Shown: positions 1 to 11,900 of the stretch, piece by piece
Position numbering within the stretch: position 1 is the first letter of the stretch
Layout: each line of letters starts with the position of its first letter
Position numbers and translations under genes: made by a program
NCBI RefSeq assembly: GCF_964204645.1
Contig: NC_134026.1
Span: forward strand, 20,370,150-20,434,149
DNA: 64,000 nt
Direction of reading: 5' to 3'
From: Tubulanus polymorphus
Taxonomy: Eukaryota; Animalia; Nemertea
The notes under the pieces: model-generated
Databases searched by the model: none
The model's input: the letters and a program-made list of their open reading frames with translations, nothing else
What the model was told of the DNA's origin: nothing

Positions 1-489
1 ACGATTCATCGGAAAAAGCAAAAAGGAAGATTTGATTTATTTCATGCTGATTATAAGGAACTATTGGCTTCAACGGACATTTTTTCTGATACCATGAAGT
101 TCGTTGTAGCGAGGTTCCACAGTCGCTTGTCTTGATCCTTTTGAGAGTACATGTTTATTCAAATCACGGTCGATAAATCAGCGGCTTGCTTGGTCAATCG
201 TTTTACAAACGACTCGCTTGTAATGTTAGTTATACTAATAAAATGCGGTATTTCATCTCAAATGATGTGCGTAGTAATATTGTCTTGATAGTATTTCCGG
301 GCCTCATCGTCAAATAACTTGGTGGTTAAGTAAAACTATATAGCGCCAACGAATAAATGCAATTTCTGAGACGTATAGAAATTAAAATCTAGCTAATCGT
401 TACAATATGACGACGTCACGTTCGATTGTTTAAGAGGGATTTGATGACGATATACGATTTCGCTTCAAACAAGTAGAATCAGTAGGTCG

Positions 490-715
490 CAGTATCTGTG
501 ATGAAACAATAAATGTCTAACAATAGTCGAATGAGTAAAATGTTTACTGAAATAATAGAAATAAACTTTGCATGTATTTCTGGTGGTTCCTACCACCCTT
601 AATCAGTCTAAAATACTAATGAAGGGTGGTAAGGACCACACCCGAAATGTCTAATAAACTTTTTAGTCATTCAACAGTATTGCGGGATTTTACATTTATA
701 ATATACTGACTTCAT
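490..715. mobile_element. Penelope-like retroelement remnant: inverted repeat with degenerate hammerhead cores
   Basis: Inverted arms at about 519-550 and 653-682. Plus strand 616-651 reads ctaatga-a-gggtggt-aagg-accacaccc-gaaatgtc, a decayed CUGAUGA..stem II..GAAAC-GUC. A mirror copy lies on the minus strand at about 575-607. Confidence 0.5.
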
Positions 716-875
716 ATCGGCCTGTTAACACGAGAGTTTCAACTTTGATTCATATTTCAAAAACTCTTAAAAGTGCATTTTCACTATTCTTTCTGCATTA
801 TAAGGATGAAGATTGATCTTTCATTCGCCCTTATTTTCAAAGAATTTCGTTAATTTCCTTATTGCACAATGTTGA

Positions 876-1232
876 AGGTGACCCGCGTTGGCACGGTCAG
901 GGCGTTGTTACGACCAAATGCTGACCTTTTCCTGGAATGAACTCCTATTCAACCCTCCGAAGTTTTACGAGAAACGGTCACTGATCTAAAGCTACAAGAG
1001 TCGACGAACTGTGACCGATAATTCACAGGAAAATTCCGTGGTTACATTGTACTTCCAATTTAAAGGTCAAGCGGAAGGCAGGAATGTTACGCAGTATTGT
1101 TGAAAAGCTTGACCACGCTGGTCAGCGAAATCCCCAGATGACCGATGTTTGTTTGTTGTTTGCCCGCATAGGCGACAAAGTTCGCGACCTACAAATGACC
1201 ACCTGGTGACCGCTTTCTACCCCATAGGTCAA
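876..1232. promoter_or_regulatory. Cluster of nuclear-receptor half-sites with several DR5 spacings (candidate RARE enhancer 3' of CYP26)
   Basis: About 15 RGKTCA-like hexamers in ~360 bp. DR5 pairs: cgacca-aatgc-tgacct (911-927), tgaact-cctat-tcaacc (938-954), and the triple cgacct-acaaa-tgacca-cctgg-tgaccg (1185-1212). Most half-sites carry one mismatch. Confidence 0.5.
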
Positions 1233-1729
1233 ATATTCAGGAGTGTCGCGCATGTGTTAGGCATTTACGAACCCGAAATAATTTTTTTGGACATTAAACG
1301 GATATAAACTGATTTTTGTATATTGCGATAAGAAAAACAATATTATTAATACTGTATAAAAATACCCGTATGTTAATTAAACGATTTGCGATATAAATAA
1401 TAATATACATGAATATTCGCATAGACTCGCACACAAAAGATATTGATATAAATAGATTGAGCCGGCAAATTATCAACCAGTAAATACATTTTGTCACTCA
1501 GACTAGATGCGGTTTAAATATCACTACGATAAACGTCCTTTCTGTACCTTTTTAGAACTAAAAGTAGTGCAGAATAATAAAACAGGTTTCCGTTATCAGC
1601 GCGCGTCACAGCAGGCGTACTATTAACTCAATATTTGGTGAATGCAGTACACCAAAGAATTATTGTACATGTAAGCCATCAATCGCCTTTTTTCTTTGGT
1701 TTGTGATGATTAATTTGATGTTAAAGTCT

Positions 1730-4700
1730 CTACACGGTGTGCGACCGAGGGCGAAATATCTGTTCGGCCTCCGTAAACTCCAAAGGCAGTCCGTCGATCG
1801 GATGCGGCACCGGAATCAGTTTCATTTTCGGCTTTTCGTTCTGCATGCTCCATACGGAGTTCTGCACCAGGGCGATCGTCAACGTTTTCAACAGGACGCC
1901 GGCGTATTCGCGTCCGACGCACGCTCGCGGGCCGCCTCCGAACGGCAAGTAGTCGAAATGCGCGGAGTCTTGGTCGTTGTTCGACAGTTTCGACCAACGA
2001 TCCGGGTCGAAGTCCGAAACGTTTTCGAAAAGTTTGCTCGTACACTGAGTGTCTCTAATGCTGTATGCCACTGACCATCCTTTTGGAACTTGCATACCCT
2101 GAAAATATTCGAAACATGGAACAGTCGTTTTAACATGAACTTCAAACTAGGAAAATTACGTCGTGGTCATTGAACCATGACTACAGTGGAACCTCGTTAC
2201 AACGAAGATTAGGGACCGGATCAATGTTCGTTATAGCTATCAGTTCATTATATCCAGTATAAAACAGCTATGATTATCCTATGTGGGACGAAAATCTAGG
2301 TTTTTAATAACCGAGGTTGTTATAACGGGTTCCGCTGTAGTAATGTATAAAATGCCATAAAAAAGAATTTTAGTTTAAGTACGTACATCAATTTCAAACG
2401 TTTTAATAGCTTTTCGGAATCCCGCTCCTACAGGGGGCGCTACTCGCAGGACCTCTTTAATCACTCGGTTCAAATAGGTCAAACGATGGAGCTCGTCGTA
2501 TTTCATTCCTTCAACGTCGTCGACCGCGTGCTCCTCGAGTTCGGCTTGGATTTTCTGCACGACTTCCGGTTTCTGAGCCAGTTGCATCATCGTCGTACAG
2601 GCCGCACTGGCGGTGGTCTCGTGACCGGCGAACAACAGCTCCAAACAAGCTTCTTTCAACTCCATCATCGACAATTTAGTACCATCGTCGTCCGAGGCGT
2701 TCATCAAAAGCCACAGCGCGTCGTCGTGGTCTTCGGGCGAGTTCATTCGTTCAACAATTTGTTTCTCGATCGTTTCGAGTAGCTTTTCCCTAGCTTTCAT
2801 TCCCTGCAAAACCGACGGTAAAATATTGTCGTTTGTATCGCCAGGAAAACAATTTGAATTGAAGCTCAACGAATACGATGATTTAGGAGGTTGACCGGTT
2901 GGACAGGTATACCCCACAGTTCGAATGTGCCCTCGAAAAGTTCTTGACAATTAGTTTTACAAAGAAAATTTTAAGCCTTTTTAAGCCCCTTTTGTCCTAA
3001 ATGATCAGGCATTCAGTCTTTAAAGCATTGGCAAATCTGCCATTTTTAAAATCAAGTGCCCATTCCAGGTCGACCTCTTTTAAAAAGATCCGCCCTTGTT
3101 ACCTACCTTGTGAAATCCGCTACCTGGTATGTTGTACGGCAGCGAAAATAGATTGTCGACCAGATCGTTGAATACGGCCAGCAACTGACCGATGTCGCGT
3201 CGCGTAAAATGAAATCCCAGCAGCACTCGCGCAGCCAGAGCGAAAGTTAGATATTTCGCTTCCTGATAGCCGAGTATATAGCCGTCTTCGCACCATCTAA
3301 TCACGTGGCGTTTGATAGCCCGTTGCATCGGTCGGCAGTATCTCTCCAGCGCGTCGTGGGTGAACGCCTTCGCGATCAGTTTACGCCGTTTACGATGTAT
3401 GATGCCGACCGAGTGGGAAAGAGCCCCGGTTCCCATCAGTCGTCGCGTACTCGCCGGCCACCAGGTCGTCACCAGTTTATTTTCGCCGAGCAGTATCTTG
3501 CGGACGTTTTCGCGGCCGATCACCCGCACCGTCGGCTGCCCGAGCAAATGCGTCTTGTAAACGTTGCCCAATTCCGTTCGTCGTTTCTTGAAAAATTCAT
3601 CCGCCTATGGAAATAAGAAAATTCTGATGTTTACGATAACTGAAATATCAGGGGGTATAGAAATTCCTTTCGTTAGATTTTTTCTTGAAAATCCGATGTA
3701 ATAAACACTTTGAAAGCGGATCAGTTTACCCCGAGTATTAGATTGAGTGTTTCGCCGATAAACGGAAGACCAAAACTTCCAGGCGGCAGTGGTAAATCAG
3801 AAGAGCTGTCAGCTGTGCTCAGGTTATAGTATCGCCAGAGACGTTGTACGAAGAATACGAGAATGATCGGCGTTAGAATCGACGAGATAAACCTCACCAC
3901 AAGCGTCGGATACCTGAAAAATATAAAAGGAAAATACTTGCTATAAAATATGCTCATTAGGGCACCAAAGACGGGTTTAGGGGACTAGTCCACCCCTTCA
4001 AAATTGTGACCTCCAAAAAGTCTGGAAACTCGTTTTCAAAGAGAATTTTTAAAGGACAGAAAATAAATGCAAGTGGGTTGTGATGAGGGCTAGAAATGTC
4101 CCTTTTTGTCCCAAATTTCTCGGAGTGCCACCAGAGGCCCACACTACTTTTCGTGCTTGCAGTCCTCACATTGCCACATCTGACTTGTTCAAATAAAAGT
4201 TCCTTTCGAATTTTCAGGTCCACCTCTTCCAAGAATCCAAGATCCGCCCTTGCGGGCGCGGGTATTGGGGGCTATTGATAGTTTTCGAACATTCGTTAAA
4301 TGAACGAATGATATACGAATATGAAATATTGTAAAACCGTTCTGCTTTCCGTTTTTATCTTTTAAACAAGTTGTAGAAATCTTGCTAAATAAAATTGATT
4401 GTATTTCGCTTTGTTTACTATATGTTACCAGAACGTAAGTCATTACGCGGAAACAGGTTTAGATTTATTTTTTGCCATGGCTATAATTAGAAAGATATTT
4501 CCGTAATTCAAGTATGCGCTATTAAAGATTGCGAGCTGTTTACGTTACCGTTTTATGAATGAAAACCAGGAAATACCACGTGGTCAGTGGTCATTCAACG
4601 TCAATGGTTCGTAATTACTATTATACTATAAACCGTGTTTCTGTGGCAATGTGCCAGCTAATGCTAGCGCATGTGACCTTTTGGAAAAAGTATTATTACG

Positions 4701-6158
4701 AAGTTCCTATAACAAATAACGAGGAAATTTAATAATTCCGGGCCAGAAATAGTTCAGTTATTTGCTAGTAAACATTTTCCTTCGTTGATTTTGTTGCAGT
4801 TGTTTCAATGATTGATTCTCGATTGAATCTTGATGGCAGTAGGAACCAATTTAGTCATCATTCTAATAGTTTGAATTATTAGCAAACGCACTATCTATTC
4901 GATTCTGAACAACAAAACTGAATGCACTCGTTCATTTATTTTTTTTCCAACTATCGTATGGCAATCAGTTTACGTGGCTGCTATTTCACTCGATGTGAAC
5001 TCTCCTGGTCGGTACCGTCGAATTAACGCGCAGAGGAATGTTAAGTTGTTGGTCGGCGATCTTTGTTCGATTTCACTAATTGAAAAGTAACAGCACGTAA
5101 CTGATCTCGCTTGTCCGTTTTTTGTGAACTTCGTTTATAAAACAGAGGCCGATATAGGGCCCTAGGAAGGGGTGCACCCCCAAATAAGGCATATCATATG
5201 ATTAAAGGGGAACCACGAAAAACATCATCGGAAAACATTAACTCATTCTTTGAAAATACAGAGAACAAGATTATGAATCTAAACGGTTTTGCTATCGGTT
5301 CATTACTTTTCATTTTGCTGTAAAATTCAGGGCATCTTTTCGCGCTTAATCAGTCGAAAACGCGCGGTCTTTTTAAGAGGGGATGCGCACTCCAGCACCC
5401 TTCCCTTGGACCCGCCCATGTAAAAGATTTGTAAAAAATACGAGATTGAACATACGTTTTTGATATTCTGAGCTCGCGGCCGGATGAACCACTTTGCATT
5501 AGACGTACTCGGGCTAATCGATATTTGATAAGCCGGACACACTAGCGAAAACACTGACTAAACAACCAGCAAACGCCCGCTATTTTTCTCGAAAGAGAAG
5601 GAATACCATTTACATCAGTCGATTGTAAATCGAAAGGGAATGTGTAAGACTTTGTAACCGAGTAAAATAACGATAAAGTTTCGAAAGATAAATTTGCAGA
5701 AAAATCCAATTCTCAATTGTTAGGTCAGCTACTCACTGTCGAAAAAGTCACTCGATTAAGAAAATAATTTCTTGAATTGAAAATAAACACAATTCCTGCG
5801 ATTAAATGAATTCGATAGAAATTCGAAGAATGATAAAGTTGGTTAATCGCTTTTGACAATGTTGGCTAATCGAGCGCACAAATTATTGATGATCAGCGAA
5901 TGAAAAAAATCGCGCAGAAAATCTTTTAAAAATTGTTAAAACCAAGCAGCCACTCGCAGTAAAGATATTGATAATTTCAATGATTCATTGTATTTCATTA
6001 TCAAAATCATAAAAAAATCATTATTTCAACTCTTGTGAATAATTTAAAAGCTTTGGAAAATCGAAAAATTCCCCCAAACACAGATTCCCAATCGATTTTT
6101 TTGTCACTCACGTTGTTTGGCTGGAATAGAGGATCAATACGTTATCGTCTGATTCCAT
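1730..6158 (-). CDS. CYP26: Cytochrome P450 family 26 (retinoic acid hydroxylase-like), 5 coding exons, 504 aa
   Basis: Exons 6158-6112 (MESDDNVLILYSSQT, phase 2), 3913-3730, 3604-3107, 2803-2387 and 2098-1730; all GT-AG, phases consistent, 1515 nt in total. Motifs: TM anchor, PLPPGSFGLPFIGET, GNVYKTHLLGQPTVRVIG (CYP26-typical), I-helix ELLFAGHETTASA, EVLR (ExxR), FDPDRW and heme motif PFGGGPRACVG. Exon 1 is the least certain part. Confidence 0.92.
2182..2339. mobile_element. Tc1/mariner-pogo (Tigger-like) MITE in CYP26 intron 4
   Basis: Termini ta-cagtggaacctcgttacaac ... gttataacgggttccgctg-ta with a TA duplication. Related ends occur at about 95-121 and 30221-30389. Confidence 0.7.
5144..5421. 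mobile_element. Degenerate non-autonomous DNA element (MITE) in CYP26 intron 1
   Basis: GC-rich imperfect inverted ends (cagaggccgatatagggcc... / ...ccttggacccgcccatg) around an AT-rich core. Same general family as 17597-17830, 31008-31383 and 46049-46242. Confidence 0.4.
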
Positions 6159-7679
6159 CTTGATCTGTTGCGACGTTCGTTCAATTTCACGTGTTGCTTC
6201 GTTTTGACGGGGATTCCGATAATCATACGGCTTAATACCTATACGCGCACCTGCCTTAGCGTGGCCGAAAAGCGTATCAACTCTCAAAGCACACGTAACT
6301 TTTCAACCTTTGCACCACGCGTCGCCCGCCGGATGACATAGGCCCGATTTGGCAAAAACGCGTTTTAGCGCTTAATGAACATCGTCGAAAGGAAAGAATT
6401 TCGACACCAACTAGAAACCTGTTATCAAAATTGATGATCTGTTCTAAATTTCCTCATTCCGAAGCTATCAGGCGAATAGAAGGTCTTGCCTAAAACAGGC
6501 ACGTCATCTGTGCATTTCATCGTTTTTATTAAAAAAGGAAAATAATTGCTTTTCGATCTTTTTACATTGTTCGTTTCATTACTGGAAGGCATAGCTAGAA
6601 CGGGGGGGGGGGAGGGGAGGGACAATACATTAACAATTACGTTTATATGGGAACTGCTTGTTTATATCGTGTAGGCATCGTTACGATTGAAAAAAAATCC
6701 GTCAAACTCAGGAAAACCCATCGTGGCTCCAGTTGCTTATCGGCGAAGTGGTCATTCAGATAGACATTAATACCGGGAAATTCCGGAGCTACGTGTGACC
6801 GTGGACGTATAAACTAGATTATACGTCCATGGTGTGACGTAACGGCCTCGCATTTCTAGATAATCTTTGTTCATAAGATTTCTACATGTAATAGATATTC
6901 ATTGAATTTTGTTTATTATTGATAGGTTTGTTACGATAGGTATCCGATTATCAGATAGAAACTACATTTCCCATTCGCATGGTTCGAATAAAAAAATACG
7001 ACATTTTTGGACTTAAAAAAATAATATATGTTTCTCCTAAACGACTGGGTCATTTTTGTAAACCGCAATAAAATTCGAAATCAGCTCATTTCTATAGCTG
7101 CCAAATCTGTTGTGGTTAACCTGGCCTTGATTTAAAAACAGGCAAAGTACAGGTTAGAAAGGCGGCTGGTCGGGTCGGTTTTTAAGCTCAACAGGAAGGA
7201 GAAACGCGGTATCAATATCTTGCCTTACGTATGTGTTATACTTAAGATACAAATTAGGAGAGTTTTGTTTTCAGAAACTGAATACTCTTGATGACAAACA
7301 GCAATCGAGGGTCATCCTGGTCTAAGTGACCTGTATATGATCCCACGATTTGACCGGTACGAACGGGCAATGTACTTAAACCATAAGCAATTAACAGTTC
7401 CATACCGACGTATTAAATATGCATAGAAATCTACCCGAATACGAAGAATGCCATTCATTAATGCACAATCTACATTTAGACCATGATGATATATCCCGTG
7501 GTTTTTCGGTGTTGAAATTTCATCTTTTGAATTGGGATCCATCGAAGCTCAGGTGATTCGAAATTTTCGCCAAAATTTTAATGTCCCATAATCGATTAAT
7601 CATATGATTAACGTAACTGTACATTTCAGGTGTTTTTATGCTTTGCCAATGATTGCGTATCTATTGTGTGTTTTTTAAT

Positions 7680-7792
7680 ACCCTGACCACTCAGGTTAAA
7701 TCGCCACGCAGGGCATTATAAGCAGTTTTTCTCATCATCAGGAGAGACCTTCGACCAAGAAACACTGTCGCCACCGGGGTTCGAACCCACAT
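7680..7792 (-). mobile_element. tRNA-derived SINE fragment
   Basis: Pol III B-box GGGTTCGAACCC at about 7777-7788, followed on the minus strand by a SINE-like body. No tRNA cloverleaf. Confidence 0.45.
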
Positions 7793-8948
7793 TTTGCACG
7801 CGTCACTCACTGAAATAAGCTTCCGATAAATGCCGAGAACATTGCAATGTTATCGAAGGAATACCGATATTACGTAACGTCTGTAGATTTCTAGGAAATT
7901 TCGATCAAGCTATTCTATATCGTCGACGTGACATCGTGCTCGAATCCGGTTGTGGATAAGTAAAAAAACAACAACCAACAAATATGATTTATACGTTATT
8001 TATCAATACGTACAACGAAACTGTTTTAAGATATGAATATTGAAAACAATAATAAAAAACTTAAACTTGACATTCCTTCTTCACAATATTGCTTTACATT
8101 GCTGCCTAAAAGTCCATCTAAAAGACATTTCGTTTGGAACAAGTCTGCGCTACAAGTATTTTTCCAAGGTAAATGTTCAGTTAAAAAGAAATACATTGTA
8201 ATACATGCTAAGGCTAGAAAATTGATACCCCGTTTCTCCTTTCTGCTGAGCTTAAAAGTTGACCGAACCGGCCGTCTATCTACCCTGTGCATTACTTGTT
8301 TTTTTTTAAAGCAAGCTAACCATTACAGACCCGACAGTTATAGAAATGAACTGATTAAAAATTTTTTTGCGATTTACAAAATGGCTTGGCCGATTAAGAG
8401 AAACAAGGTATCATTTTAAAGTCTAACCTTTAAAGGTTGAGTTCGTTCATAAGCCATCAAAGTAGGCCTAATATAATGTAAATGAAAACATAGATGTCTA
8501 CCTGTTATGTAAAAGATATGCTTAAATTTCATCAATTCAATTAAGCGAATATCAGTAACTTAAATCTATGTCAATTCAATTTATCCAGAAACTGAGGGTC
8601 ATGGTACTTGGATACTCGATATATATCTATATACTTCAGTGTAATAATCAATGCATTACTTAAAATACTCAAAGCGTTAATCAATGCATTTATAACAAAA
8701 TCGAATAATTTAGAAAATAAATACGCGTTTAACTGTTATCATCTATACAGTTATACATAAAAAGATGTAAACTCAACAAAAATCATTAAATCAAAAAATC
8801 CTCATAAACTCCTTAAAACTAAAAACAAGATAGATACTGCGGTAAGATAAAAATGCAGTCGTAAATGTGATCTTTATCGTGCGTTTGCATATAAAATCGT
8901 TACAAAATGATCCCGCATCGTCGAAGATGACTGTGGGATTGAATAGAA

Positions 8949-11900
8949 TCAGCAGCGAACGTTAGAGTCTAAAATCAGTAAATGGAAAAAGATGTCCGAC
9001 ACGTATTCTGCCATATGTTCGAGAAATCGAAGATTGTAGATGTATCGATAGGTCGTTAGGTCCCAATTGTACGACGTCACGGGTGCAATCGTTAAGCCTT
9101 CGTGCGATTTGAAGCCGATATTGTTCTGTTTCATCTGCAAAAAAGAAATAAAACTATAAAACTTAAATTGTCTTGGGGATGTGCATTAGATGTTCATGGC
9201 ATCATCGATTTACGATAAAAAATTTAAATGTTTTCTTTCTAAGTTTCAGTTTTCAAGATCCTTAATGTTACATGATTCGACCGGAAAACTAAAATAATCT
9301 CGTATCATCAGAGTTACCAAGCAGAAATCCACAGTTGATAATAAAACGTTTATTGTCTGAGAGTTTCGAAGTTTTTCTAAACTCCATCATCAGAGAAACA
9401 AAAACTACGAAAGTGTCAGACAATAAAAGTTTTGATATCAGCTGTGGCTTTTTACTTAGTAACAAGATTTTGCTAACTGGGAAAAAGGTTAAAGTTAAGT
9501 TAAGTTAAGTTAAGTTAAGTTAAGTTAAGTTAAGTTAAGTTAAGTTAAGTTAAGTTAAGATATTAGTGGTTCATACCATAAGTCGTATGTGCTCGAAGGT
9601 GTCGTTTCGATATTGTCGGATCTTTCTGAGGTGTTCCCCGATTGAATATATCTTTCGAGAAGCTGTTTGCTGGATACGGCTGCAATCTTGATGCCAATTC
9701 GCGCCGGTCGCGTTCTCGCGACAAACCCTGTACCTTTCAACCGCTTCGGCGTTTGCCATCGCCGATTCGAGGGTCTTTAGTTTGTTCGCTTCTTGTTTTA
9801 GAATAGCCTGCAGTCGGAGAAAATGAAATTGTAAAACTGAGACTTATTTCACTTATTCACTGTCTCTTATGGTGGCTGATAAGGGCCATAGCGTAAAATT
9901 CCTGGTATGCAAATGAGGGCGCCAGAACGCCAGAACGCCAAAACGAAAAAAAACGTCCAATTTTCTCTAAAAGTTCGTTTTGGCGCGCCAAAACAACGAA
10001 TATTCCGTTTTGGCACCCCCGCCAAAACGAAACGAACTTTCGTTTTGGCGCCCCCGCCAAAACAACGAAAAACGTCGAAATTTCTCTAAAAGTTCGTTTT
10101 GGCGCGCCAAAACAAAGAAAATTCCGTTTTGGCGCCCCCGCCAAAACGAACTTTCATTTTGGCGCCCCCGCCAAAACGAACTTTCGTTTTGGCGCCCCGC
10201 CAAAACAACGAAAAACGTCCAATTTTCTCTAAAAGTTCGTTTTGGCTTGCCAAAACAAAGAAAATTCCGTTTTGGCGCCCCCGCCAAAACGAACTTTGGT
10301 TTTGGCACCCCCGCCAAAACAACGAAAAACGTCCAATTTTCTCTGAAAGTTCGTTTTGGCGCCCCCGCCAAAACGACGAATATTCCGTTTTGGCGCCCCC
10401 GCCAAAACGAAAGTTCGTTTTGGCGCCCCCGCCAATACGAACTTTAAACCACGTAAAATAATTCTATATATACGTAAAATATTTTCATTTATGCAAATTT
10501 ATGCAAATTACACACAAGATCAACGCGCCAATTTGAAAAATAATTTTACTGTGGTTGAATGCTTGTTTTGGCGGGGGCGCCAAAACGGAAATAACCGCGC
10601 CAAAACGAACTTTCAGAGAAATTTCGACGTTTTTCGTTGTTTTGTATGGTGGCTGATAAGGGCCATAGCGTAAAATTCCTGGTATGTAAATGAGGGCGCC
10701 AGAACGCCAGAACGCCAAAACGAAAAAAAACGTCCAATTTTCTCTAAAAGTTCGTTTTGGCGCGCCAAAACGGAGAATATTCCGTTTTGGCGCCCCCGCC
10801 AAAACGAACTTTCATTTTGGCGCCCCCGCCAAAACGAACTTTCGTTTTGGCGCCCCCGCCAAAACAACGAAAAACGTCGAAATTTCTCTGAAAGTTCGTT
10901 TTGGCGCGCCAAAACGGAGAATATTCCGTTTTGGCGCCCCCGCCAAAACGAACTTTCATTTTGGCGCCCCCGCCAAAACGAACTTTGGTTTTGGCGCCCC
11001 CGCCAAAACAACGAAAAACGTCGAAATTTCTCTGAAAGTTCGTTTTGGCGCGCCAAAACGGAGAAAATTCCGTTTTGGCGCCCCCGCCAAAACGAACTTT
11101 CATTTTGGCGCCCCCGCCAAAACGAACTTTGGTTTTGGCGCCCCCGCCAAAACAACGAAAAACGTCGAAATTTCTCTGAAAGTTCGTTTTGGCGCGCCAA
11201 AACGGAGAAAATTCCGTTTTGGCGCCCCCGCCAAAACGAACTTTCATTTTGGCGCCCCCGCCAAAACGAACTTTGGTTTTGGCGCCCCCGCCAAAACAAC
11301 GAAAAGCGTCCAATTTTCTCTGAAAGTTCGTTTTGGCGCGCCAAAACAACGAATATTCCGTTTTGGCGCCCCCGCCAAAACGAACTTTCGTTTTGGCGCC
11401 CCCGCCAATACGAACTTTAAACCACGTAAAATAATTCTATATATACGTGAAATATTTTCATTTATGCAATTTTATGCAAATTACACACAAGATCAACGCG
11501 CCAATTTGAAAAATAATTTTACTGTGGTTGAATGCTTGTTTTGGCGGGGGCGCCAAAACGGAAATAACCGCGCCAAAACGAACTTTTCTTTGTTTTGGCG
11601 CGCCAAAACGAACTTTCAGAGAAATTTCGACGTTTTTCGTTGTTTTGGCGGGGGCGCCAAAACGAAAGTTCGTTTTGGCGGGGGCGCCAAAATGAAAGTT
11701 CGTTTTGGCGGGGGCACCAAAACGGAATATTCTCCGTTTTGGCGCGCCAAAACGAACTTTTAGAGAAATTTCGACGTTTTTCGTTGTTTTGGCGGGGGCG
11801 CCAAAACGAAAGTTCGTTTTGGCGGGGGCGCCAAAATGAAAGTTCGTTTTGGCGGGGGCGCCAAAACGGAATTTTCTTTGTTTTGGCGCGCCAAAACGAA

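Noticed and set aside
6159-6700. Canonical DR5 RARE in the CYP26 proximal promoter
   Set aside because: Searched by eye and found no convincing AG(G/T)TCA-n5-AG(G/T)TCA upstream or in intron 1, only isolated half-sites.
7770-7792. tRNA gene suggested by GGTTCGAACCC
   Set aside because: No acceptor stem, D arm or anticodon arm can be formed; treated as a SINE B-box.
8400-8948. AU-rich elements in the cytokine-like 3' UTR
   Set aside because: Only scattered ATTTA pentamers in very AT-rich sequence and no overlapping nonamers; not distinguishable from background.
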